Below, piece after piece: positions 6,427 through 13,770 of a DNA stretch of 32,911 nt. Positions within the stretch are counted from its first letter, which is position 1; each line of letters opens with the position of its first letter. Both the position numbers and the translations under genes were made by a program. The DNA comes from an uncultured Candidatus Saccharibacteria bacterium. GTDB lineage: Bacteria > Patescibacteriota > Saccharimonadia > Saccharimonadales > UBA4665. Under the pieces are notes generated by a model. The model made no database searches and had not been told where the DNA came from. It was given only the letters and a program-made list of their open reading frames with translations. Location of the stretch: positions 1 through 32,911 of the forward strand of contig CAYRVE010000001.1 in the NCBI GenBank assembly GCA_964427685.1, written 5' to 3'.

Positions 6427-6452
6427 ATAAAAAGCCTCCTTGGGAGGAGGCT
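6427..6452 (-). terminator. Strong intrinsic terminator downstream of the major capsid gene
   Basis: Minus strand: AGCCUCC-UCCCAA-GGAGGCU followed by UUUUUAUUU. 7-bp stem with 5 GC. Confidence 0.7.
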
Positions 6453-6465
6453 CTTAATTTAATGC

Positions 6466-7764
6466 TTAAGCTGACAGAGAAACTACACAGTTCCAGCCTG
6501 GAGCCGAGCAGATCAAGTTACCATAGTAGCCAATCCTGATCTCAAGAGCATCAGCATTGCCTACGCGCAAGCCTTCCAAGCCTTCCATCCCGTAAGTCAG
6601 AATATGTGGAACTTTGCCCAATGAGCGAAGTTTCCAAGTATTCATGGTGAGGAGGTAAGCAGTTTGCGGAGGACACGATCGGTCAGCCAGGATCGTTACA
6701 CGACCGTAAGCAGACTGGAACGTAATACCTTCGAAAGCGACTTCAACTTCGTCGTGATTTACCTGGACGTACTGGACCTTAGCGCCGAGAGCGTTAACCA
6801 ACGATGCATAGGACGAGAAGTCCATGATGCAAAGATCAGGTTTGCCGCCTTCACGGTTCAGGAATGCCAATGCGTTGGTGAGACCTTCTTCGATGGTGTA
6901 AGAAGCAGCATTGAATCTGCAACCAGCCAAGCGAGTCGGATCAGCCGAACGGTTAACGCCCCAAAACGAGTCAGTCGAACTAGGAGTGGTGACAGGAAGC
7001 CAAGCAGCCAAACCGCTCAAAGCCAAGAAGCTCGAAGTAGTAGAAGCGCCACCCGACGGAATATCGCCAGAGACCGAGAGAAAAGCCGAACCACTACCGA
7101 TTGCCCAGTTACCAGACAAGGAGCTAGCCGAAGCCGTACCGGTGACGATACCGTTGGCACGATCAACTGCAGTAATAAGCACTGTATCAGTTGACGGTGC
7201 GCCGCCAGCAGTAGCAGAAGCAACGAGAAGCATTCCAACTTCGAACTGAACGATCTGTTGAGCGTTAGTCAAAGGAAGGACTGTTCCGCCGACGACTGTA
7301 CTATTCTGAGTCGAAGCAGAGGTCGATGTTCCACGAGTCGCAGTACCGTCTCCGAACAATTCAAAAGCGATGTTGTTCGTAATGTTACGGAAACCGCCGT
7401 CCATTTGGAGTTTTGCAGCATCAACGAACGCTCCTGCGTTAGTCTTAGTCTGTTCCATAAGGAGGTTAGTGATCGTAACGAGTTGATAGTCTTCGATTAC
7501 ATACACGAAGTACGAAACGAGGCTCGTCGGTGTCTGTTGGTTCTGCGCATTAGAGAAGCTATGGCTTCGTCCTTGCGGAGCACCGTACTCGAGAGGAACA
7601 GGGATGTATTTTCCTGCGAATCCGTCCGGGCTTTCGTTCTTAGGGACGAGAGCAAGGAAGGGGTTTTCCTTATACACGAGATCTTTCATGTACTCTTTAT
7701 CATCTGTATAGAGTTCTTTTAGTGCCGCGATTTGGTTGGCACTGTTTGCATATGTAGCAGCCAT
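6466..7764 (-). CDS. Major capsid protein (presumed HK97 fold)
   Basis: 432 aa, directly after the scaffold-like gene in portal-scaffold-capsid order. Visibly higher GC. Strong terminator downstream. The family was not identified by motif. Confidence 0.75.
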   Translation of the reverse strand: MAATYANSANQIAALKELYTDDKEYMKDLVYKENPFLALVPKNESPDGFAGKYIPVPLEYGAPQGRSHSFSNAQNQQTPTSLVSYFVYVIEDYQLVTITNLLMEQTKTNAGAFVDAAKLQMDGGFRNITNNIAFELFGDGTATRGTSTSASTQNSTVVGGTVLPLTNAQQIVQFEVGMLLVASATAGGAPSTDTVLITAVDRANGIVTGTASASSLSGNWAIGSGSAFLSVSGDIPSGGASTTSSFLALSGLAAWLPVTTPSSTDSFWGVNRSADPTRLAGCRFNAASYTIEEGLTNALAFLNREGGKPDLCIMDFSSYASLVNALGAKVQYVQVNHDEVEVAFEGITFQSAYGRVTILADRSCPPQTAYLLTMNTWKLRSLGKVPHILTYGMEGLEGLRVGNADALEIRIGYYGNLICSAPGWNCVVSLSA

Positions 7765-7811
7765 TGCTGTTACCTTTCAAAGTAAGTTAAACTAGCGAAC
7801 TAGCACCATTG

Positions 7812-7825
7812 CTAGATGCATCTAG
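7812..7825. promoter_or_regulatory. Perfect 14-bp palindrome CTAGATGCATCTAG in the scaffold-capsid intergenic region
   Basis: Read directly. Flanked by CCA...TGG and preceded by the tandem AACTAGCG/AACTAGCA (7790..7805). Four CTAG sites fall in 34 nt. Confidence 0.6.
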
Positions 7826-7857
7826 TGGATTTCTCTGCCGATTTCTCGGACTCACGA

Positions 7858-8901
7858 TTAATCCTTGAGGCGTCCTTCCATTGCTGCTATGGCTCGTTCA
7901 CGATTAGTTAGCTTACGTGTACTGCTAATAGCGTTAGTAAGGGTTTTGGCTTGTCCTTGTTGGTGTGTCTGCTCTTTCGGTTTGGCTGTCTCAGTTGGTT
8001 TGGGCTGGCCGGCTTGTTCCAACTGCCGTTTAATTTTTCCAAGTCTAGTTAATTTCATGGCTTCCTCTACGAGGTAATTTTCTACTTCCTGACACGCCTC
8101 TTCTACTGGCATGACATAGCCATCTTGCTTATATGTTTCCTCGATAAGCTCTACGACGTCAGAGATAGACTTCGTGGCTTTAATCGTTTCGAACTGAGGG
8201 TCCATAGTCACGATTTGGCGAACATCAGTCTCGATTTGCTTTACAGCGGCTTTATAAGCATCCTGCTGTTGTTGGGACTGTTGTTGTTTGCCTTCATCAA
8301 TTGTGCTCTTTAAACTATTAATCTCTTGTTTCAAGGCATTAATCGTGGCTTCTAGCTGTGGGTTGATACTCGGCTGATTCAGGATTTGCTGTGTGAGTTC
8401 ATCATAAGAAACACCTGAGTCTGCTAGGATACGAAGGGTGTCTTGTTTGAGTTGGTCTCTAGAAATATAGCCTTCGGAGTATTTCTGTTCTGTAGCCTTA
8501 ATAGCCTGTTCTTTGGCTTCAAGGGCAGCTTCTCTAGCCTTTATCTGTTGCTCTTGTTGTTGGGCCTTGGCGCGGAGTTGTCGTTCTTGTCTGGCTAGCT
8601 GAGCGAATTGGCGCTGAAGTGCTGGATCTTTCTCAGGCTTTACTTCTTTTGGAGTATCTTCAGTTCTAGCTAAAGTGTCTTCAATGGGTTGTTTTTCCTG
8701 CGGTTTCACTGCCGAGAGTTCTTCTGGGCTTATATTATTTGGATCTACTGAGTGATTCTCGGGTTGTCTTTGTTGTTCCTTGGGAGCATCGAAGGAGCTT
8801 TGTCCTTTGTTGAAGGCTTCTATAGCGGCTGAACGCTTCTGGCCTGAGTTTGTGTTCGTTGGTTGAATGGCTGCTGGACTAGATACTGGTGTGAGTTTCA
8901 T
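7858..8901 (-). CDS. Scaffolding protein (coiled-coil, Gln/Glu/Lys-rich)
   Basis: 347 aa between portal and capsid. Long heptad-like stretches (QRQFAQLARQERQLRAKAQQQEQQIKAREAALEAKEQAIK). Confidence 0.7.
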   Translation of the reverse strand: MKLTPVSSPAAIQPTNTNSGQKRSAAIEAFNKGQSSFDAPKEQQRQPENHSVDPNNISPEELSAVKPQEKQPIEDTLARTEDTPKEVKPEKDPALQRQFAQLARQERQLRAKAQQQEQQIKAREAALEAKEQAIKATEQKYSEGYISRDQLKQDTLRILADSGVSYDELTQQILNQPSINPQLEATINALKQEINSLKSTIDEGKQQQSQQQQDAYKAAVKQIETDVRQIVTMDPQFETIKATKSISDVVELIEETYKQDGYVMPVEEACQEVENYLVEEAMKLTRLGKIKRQLEQAGQPKPTETAKPKEQTHQQGQAKTLTNAISSTRKLTNRERAIAAMEGRLKD

Positions 8902-8955
8902 ATTATCCTTTACGGGCTATCTCCGCGTAATTGTTAGGGTTTATTGTATTATCAA

Positions 8956-10860
8956 TTAAGAATTAGACGGGGTTGGAGCGGCTCCTGGAGTATTAGGTAC
9001 GAGAGGGCTTGTGGGTGTGGGTTGGGGATTAGCTTGCGGCATTCCTTGAGGCATTGGAGGCGGCATAGCGGCTTGTTTAATAGTTTGGACTTGAGAGAAA
9101 TACTGGCGAAGCATGTCCATTTTATGTTCTTCTAACTTCGCAGAAGAGTAGAGATTTATGTACTGTACTGTGAGCTGTGTAGCTAAGGTAAGATCAGTGA
9201 ATGGATCTGGTGGTACATATTTACCGTGCTCTATGATATCATCAAGAATTTGGAGGATGCGCTCCTCTCCTGCGTTGGCAAGCTTTTCGACTTGCTCAAG
9301 GTCTGGATAATCTAAGAGCCTGCGGCCTTCTTGTAGTGTAATCATTCCGGATTGGACCATCTCCGTGACCTTCGCTAAGCGGCCTGCAGGATCTTTAGGT
9401 AAGGAAGACTGGGTGAAGCATTGAACTACGAAATCATCTTCTGTCATCATAGCGGCTTTAGGAAGATCGATTTCCTTAGTGCCGTTTTTGTTAGGGTATA
9501 CTGTACTATACTTCCCTTGTACTAACGCGATGTCTTTAGCTAAGTCTATGATAAGATAGGTTAAATCAATGAAGAAATTGTCGTAACGTCGTGACAAGGC
9601 AGCGAACCTATCAGTTGAGATATCGTCATAGGTGCGAATAGCTTCACCAGAGTCCAACCCTTGTGGTTTCTGAGAGGACGCTTGCAGCGCGGACACACCT
9701 GATTGTTGGTATCCATACTGGATAAGTTTATCTCTTTCAGCATATAATTCGGGCGCGTTGCAAGGAGCCACGACATATTCCGGCTTAGTTCCTCTATACT
9801 TAATGATGGCGCCGATCTCGTTGTTATGGTGTGCGGAGACGACCTTGCTACCATCTTCTTGGAAGACACGAGGGACTCCTACGAGTTTAATGGCTCTAGA
9901 GATAGTGAATAAAATCTGATTTAATTCGATTTGAGTTCCCATGAGTTGCTCTGCTACACCTTGAGCCCAAAAGCCTAAGAGACGAGGAGAGTAATGTAGG
10001 AATGCAAAGGGGAATTTATCTTTGGTATAGGGTTCGTCTATGAGATAGCCTGAGGAGCAAGCCATCGTATGTCTGCCATCTGTAGCGTTTTTACCGCTTG
10101 GTAAATGCCAGCCCTCTACTACCATTACTAAATCAGACACCTTTTTAGCTGAATCTGATGAGTTATCTGGTGTAGATTCTGCTGCCATTTCAATTTTATC
10201 TCGTAATTTCGGGAAGTTAGCTACGAGGACGTCTCTATCTACGAGTTTAAGTCTGTACATCTGCCGAGGTTCGCCGTACATTGCTTCATTTGGATCTATG
10301 AGAAGCTCGGTGAGAAGGACACGCTCTAAACCGACCCTATTGTCTGGTGTCTCATATACATGAATTACACCTGTGCCTTCTACAAGGGCGTCTCTCAGAG
10401 CAATGGCGCCCTTTTCATAGGCTTTAGTTTGGTAGAATTCTCCAAGAATGAAGTTGTTGAGCTTCTTAGCTAGATTCCTCTGTTTATAATCTCCATTATC
10501 TGTAAGAAATACCGGCTGAGGACGACTCTGTGATAAACGGCTAACCAATGTGTCAGTAACTGATTGGATGAGGTTAAAGGTTGGTCTGTCTTGTGGTAGA
10601 CCGTGATCGTTATCGATTTTAGCGATGTTTGTTCCGGCGAAAGAATATAGACTCTGATTCCCGTATAATCTTGCATAGATAGCTGCTTGTCTGTAGCGGT
10701 AGGCCTGCGATTCCTTGAGGTAAGCTGCTGTAGTAAGCATCAATGCTGCGGCTTTATCTGGATTCTTATCTAACCACCATTGTGCAAGTACTGATTCCTG
10801 CATATCGGGCTTAGTCTTGAAAGTAACAGAAGATTTCTGTTTGACTTTAGTTACTTTCAT
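8956..10860 (-). CDS. Portal protein
   Basis: 634 aa, downstream of the terminase region and immediately upstream of the scaffold. Pro-rich C-terminal tail. Called from size and synteny. Confidence 0.7.
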   Translation of the reverse strand: MKVTKVKQKSSVTFKTKPDMQESVLAQWWLDKNPDKAAALMLTTAAYLKESQAYRYRQAAIYARLYGNQSLYSFAGTNIAKIDNDHGLPQDRPTFNLIQSVTDTLVSRLSQSRPQPVFLTDNGDYKQRNLAKKLNNFILGEFYQTKAYEKGAIALRDALVEGTGVIHVYETPDNRVGLERVLLTELLIDPNEAMYGEPRQMYRLKLVDRDVLVANFPKLRDKIEMAAESTPDNSSDSAKKVSDLVMVVEGWHLPSGKNATDGRHTMACSSGYLIDEPYTKDKFPFAFLHYSPRLLGFWAQGVAEQLMGTQIELNQILFTISRAIKLVGVPRVFQEDGSKVVSAHHNNEIGAIIKYRGTKPEYVVAPCNAPELYAERDKLIQYGYQQSGVSALQASSQKPQGLDSGEAIRTYDDISTDRFAALSRRYDNFFIDLTYLIIDLAKDIALVQGKYSTVYPNKNGTKEIDLPKAAMMTEDDFVVQCFTQSSLPKDPAGRLAKVTEMVQSGMITLQEGRRLLDYPDLEQVEKLANAGEERILQILDDIIEHGKYVPPDPFTDLTLATQLTVQYINLYSSAKLEEHKMDMLRQYFSQVQTIKQAAMPPPMPQGMPQANPQPTPTSPLVPNTPGAAPTPSNS

Positions 10861-11147
10861 TAAACTTCAGCCTTAGATGAGTAATAAAGCATCTGATCTT
10901 CGCTGAGTTCATCAGGCATGTCAATAGCCTCTATAACAGCATTAGCCGTATCCTGTACGCTTACCGGTGAATATTTAGGGACAGGTATGGAGGCCTCTGG
11001 GAATGCGTCATAATCAATCCTGGAGTGTTTAGCCGTGTGTTTAGGCTGTATATTAAACTCTATGCCATCGATCTTAATAGAGGAGACGCCATGCTTTTGG
11101 CATAGCTTCATGACTTTCTCGAGATCTTTAATATCATGTATTGTCAA
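10860..11147 (-). CDS. Hypothetical protein (95 aa)
   Basis: TTG start with AGGA 7 nt upstream. Its stop overlaps the portal ATG (TAATG). Confidence 0.5.
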   Translation of the reverse strand: MTIHDIKDLEKVMKLCQKHGVSSIKIDGIEFNIQPKHTAKHSRIDYDAFPEASIPVPKYSPVSVQDTANAVIEAIDMPDELSEDQMLYYSSKAEV

Positions 11148-11155
11148 AGGACGTC

Positions 11156-12301
11156 CTAGAACTGTCGTTTAGACTTCATTTTCTTTCGGATCGAAGACAC
11201 CATATCGTGTTTGTTCTCTTCTTGGTCTTCTCTCTCGTCGCCATGTTGGCCTGAGTCCATATTGCTATCTACATCGAGATCAGAATCGTTGTAATTCTCT
11301 TTGCGTAGGGCATTCCATGAAGCCTGATCTTCTTCATTGGCATCTTCATCGTGATTGCGAGACATATCGGCTTGGTCAGAGTTATCTGAATCCATTGAAC
11401 CATGAGATAATATATCACCTGAATCCTCAAGGATTTCGCCACCTTCTGCCATCATTGCTGCCGTATCGAGATCGTGGGCGCCGCTATCGATTTCTGCGTG
11501 GAGACGGTCTCTGCGAGACATAATAGCTGCTGCAATTGAGTTGTGATGCTCTTCGTCCATTTCATCTTTTGGAGAGACTTTACCGCCTCGAGCATAGGGC
11601 TTCATACCATTGGAGTGTTCGCGTTCCATATCAGAGACAGGAGGTCCTTGTCGGTCTTGGCCTTCCTCGTCGTCATCCATAGCCATAGACATACCTTCGT
11701 CTTCTGAAGGCGGTAGGTCTAAGAGGTCATCTTCATATTTGTTCTGAGCTTTATGATCGTAGTCTTGTTGCTCGACTTCACCACCTTTGGTATAAGGCTT
11801 GCGATGAGTTGAATGTTCGTCTTGCATATCACGGACTTTTGGTCCTTGACGCTTCGGACCTTCTTCATCGTCATGCATGGGAGGCTGTTCGCCGTAGGGA
11901 CCTGGTCTTGCTGATTCTTCTAATTGTCCTTCTTCGTTGTATAATCGTGTGCTGAAAGCGTCTGAAGGTACCATTCTAGGACGTTTAATGGGGAGTTTTT
12001 TACCTTTTACGTCATTAGCCATGGCTTGCTTCTCTGTTACTCTCGAAGTCCACTCATCGTTTAGTGGGACTTTATCGCCTTTATTGTGCCGGACTTCTTT
12101 GGAATCGTTATGTGTATCATCTGGCATTGGACGTTTCTCTGTTTTAGCAGAAATCGATCCGCCTTCAGCCATTTTCTTTTTAGCTTTACGTTGTACGGAA
12201 TAAGCAATAGCTAAGGCTTGAGGTTTGGGTTTGCCATGCTCCATCTCGGTAGCCATGTTTTTGCTAAATGCTTGTTTTGACTTAGATTTCATTAATGGCA
12301 T
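11156..12301 (-). CDS. Highly acidic repeat protein with basic termini (possible internal virion or assembly protein)
   Basis: 381 aa. Internal duplication of aa 142-176 and aa 207-242. Recurrent MAEGG[SE]I and EH-x-KP motifs. The N- and C-termini both carry MKSK(S/R). Confidence 0.65.
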   Translation of the reverse strand: MPLMKSKSKQAFSKNMATEMEHGKPKPQALAIAYSVQRKAKKKMAEGGSISAKTEKRPMPDDTHNDSKEVRHNKGDKVPLNDEWTSRVTEKQAMANDVKGKKLPIKRPRMVPSDAFSTRLYNEEGQLEESARPGPYGEQPPMHDDEEGPKRQGPKVRDMQDEHSTHRKPYTKGGEVEQQDYDHKAQNKYEDDLLDLPPSEDEGMSMAMDDDEEGQDRQGPPVSDMEREHSNGMKPYARGGKVSPKDEMDEEHHNSIAAAIMSRRDRLHAEIDSGAHDLDTAAMMAEGGEILEDSGDILSHGSMDSDNSDQADMSRNHDEDANEEDQASWNALRKENYNDSDLDVDSNMDSGQHGDEREDQEENKHDMVSSIRKKMKSKRQF

Positions 12302-12519
12302 TAGATTATCTCCGGAATAGAGGGAGGGGAGTTGTCGGTAAAAGTCACCATAATGTCAGGAACTTCAGAGACTTGACCGTTAGAAGAAAACTCAAACACC
12401 ATGATAAGTGACTGATTTCCTAAAGAATCTGTACGGATAAGCCATGCCAACACAAAACCTGATGTATAAGTAGGATTAGCAATAGTACCTGTATTGAAGT
12501 TAGCAGGACGACGTATCAT
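12301..12519 (-). CDS. Hypothetical beta-rich protein (72 aa)
   Basis: ORF track. TAAATG junction with the upstream gene and a 1-nt overlap with the downstream gene. Confidence 0.5.
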   Translation of the reverse strand: MIRRPANFNTGTIANPTYTSGFVLAWLIRTDSLGNQSLIMVFEFSSNGQVSEVPDIMVTFTDNSPPSIPEII

Positions 12520-12828
12520 TTAGAGATTCCCCATAGTAATAGCGACTGAGGTTTTTACTGCATTGGAAGCGTTGTCATCAGCGGACGTAGAACTCATAGT
12601 GATTTTAATGATGTCGCCAGCTATTGCCGCGACCTCTTGAGTAAAACCTTTATCACCAGCAGCTGAAGTATATTTAGTTGTGCTATTAACTTTCAGAAGT
12701 GTAATAAGTGCTGATCGACCAAAGAGTGGAGTAGTCTGTGACACCTGCACAACATAGGTGCCAGTAGTCGGAGCGACTACATCTAACTCTGATAGACCTA
12801 CAGCTGTAAACGTCTGCCGGTAAAGCAT
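12520..12828 (-). CDS. Hypothetical beta-rich protein (102 aa), tandem paralogue of 12828..13208
   Basis: Shared blocks: VAPTTGTY/VPTTDTY, KVNSTTKYTS-AGD-GF and AGD-IK-T-SS. Confidence 0.6.
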   Translation of the reverse strand: MLYRQTFTAVGLSELDVVAPTTGTYVVQVSQTTPLFGRSALITLLKVNSTTKYTSAAGDKGFTQEVAAIAGDIIKITMSSTSADDNASNAVKTSVAITMGNL

Positions 12829-13208
12829 TAGTAAGCACCTTCAGAGATGCTAATCGTACATTGTGTGGCATTGAGCTGTTCATCTTGTGCAAGGCTAGAA
12901 CTCAATGTTACTTTAATAGTATCGCCAGCTGTGGCCTGAACACCGATAAAGAATCCTCTGTCACCTGCATTAGATGTGTATTTAGTAGTGCTGTTGACTT
13001 TCACTACAACAACGACTTGACTTGGAATAGGCAGACCTGGTACCGAGCCTGTTCCAATACCGCCGCCGCCAGAACCTGATGCTGCCGTAGGGACTAAATT
13101 AGTTGGAAGTTGAAGTGTTCCAGCTACATTGTAGGTATCTGTAGTAGGAACAATAAAATCGAATTCTTGAAGCCCTGTAACAGTGATATTTGATACGTAG
13201 TTAGCCAA
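12828..13208 (-). CDS. Hypothetical beta-rich protein (126 aa) with a Gly-rich insert, tandem paralogue of 12520..12828
   Basis: As for its paralogue. Has an additional SGSGGGGIGTGSVPGLP loop. Confidence 0.6.
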   Translation of the reverse strand: MANYVSNITVTGLQEFDFIVPTTDTYNVAGTLQLPTNLVPTAASGSGGGGIGTGSVPGLPIPSQVVVVVKVNSTTKYTSNAGDRGFFIGVQATAGDTIKVTLSSSLAQDEQLNATQCTISISEGAY

Positions 13209-13475
13209 TTAATCCTCCTGGGATTCATATGAATGCGGTTCGATGTGTGGACCTTCTTCATGAGGCTCTTCATCGATTTGTTTCACTGCTTCTTTAAAGC
13301 ACTCTGCTGCAGCTTTATAGTCTTTAGCTGAGAGATGTTCTGCTAGTCTCTCCATGGAGGACTCTAGGTCTGTAATGTCTTGATTTTCTTGAGGATTTTC
13401 ATCTGGCTGGCGTTTCTTGATAATAACGCCTACAGCCATACCTTTTTTTGGTTTTAGAAAGGGAAGCACATACAC
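13209..13475 (-). CDS. Hypothetical acidic protein (up to 88 aa; start uncertain, GTG 13475 or ATG 13439)
   Basis: ORF track. No convincing SD for either start. Confidence 0.45.
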   Translation of the reverse strand: MYVLPFLKPKKGMAVGVIIKKRQPDENPQENQDITDLESSMERLAEHLSAKDYKAAAECFKEAVKQIDEEPHEEGPHIEPHSYESQED

Positions 13476-13503
13476 CTCAGCTATTCAGCTAAAATGTATA
13501 TAA

Positions 13504-13770
13504 TTAGGGCTTTTCTTTGTAATCTATAAGAACTGGGATGTAATTTCCTTGGAATTCATCTCCTTTTCGTATCATTTTAAGAAAAGGATTGTCTTTATAA
13601 ATTAGGTTTGTAAAAACGTTAGAATCCACGTCATTATAATACTTTTCTATATCTGTTTTATACAGCATTTCTTCTAGTTCAGACAAGTCATTGTTCTCTT
13701 TAGCTATTACGTATTCTGGTTTTGTAGGATTACCGTATAGTTCTTTTAACAAGTTTATCGCTGACTTCAT
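13504..13770 (-). CDS. 88-aa protein resembling the N-terminus of the major capsid protein
   Basis: INLLKELY and NLIYKDNPFLKMIRKGDEFQGNYIPVLIDY match IAALKELY and DLVYKENPFLALVPKNESPDGFAGKYIPVPLEY of CDS 6466..7764. Its ATG overlaps the terminase TGA (ATGA). Visibly AT-rich. Confidence 0.55.
   Translation of the reverse strand: MKSAINLLKELYGNPTKPEYVIAKENNDLSELEEMLYKTDIEKYYNDVDSNVFTNLIYKDNPFLKMIRKGDEFQGNYIPVLIDYKEKP

Noticed and set aside
6664-7722. Long plus-strand ORFs (6664..7194, 6911..7249, 7258..7722) antisense to the capsid gene, plus minus-strand 7017..7238.
   Set aside because: They lie wholly inside the well-supported capsid CDS and have no SD or coupling. Their Arg/Ser-rich low-complexity translations are typical of antisense or shadow frames in a GC-richer, codon-biased gene.
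8956-10860. Nested ORFs inside the portal gene (9561..9869, 10470..10676) and similar ones inside other large genes (14555..14824, 17737..17946, 20887..21072, 25251..25469, 3110..3388).
   Set aside because: They are all embedded within motif-supported or synteny-supported longer CDSs, in other frames, without SD sequences.
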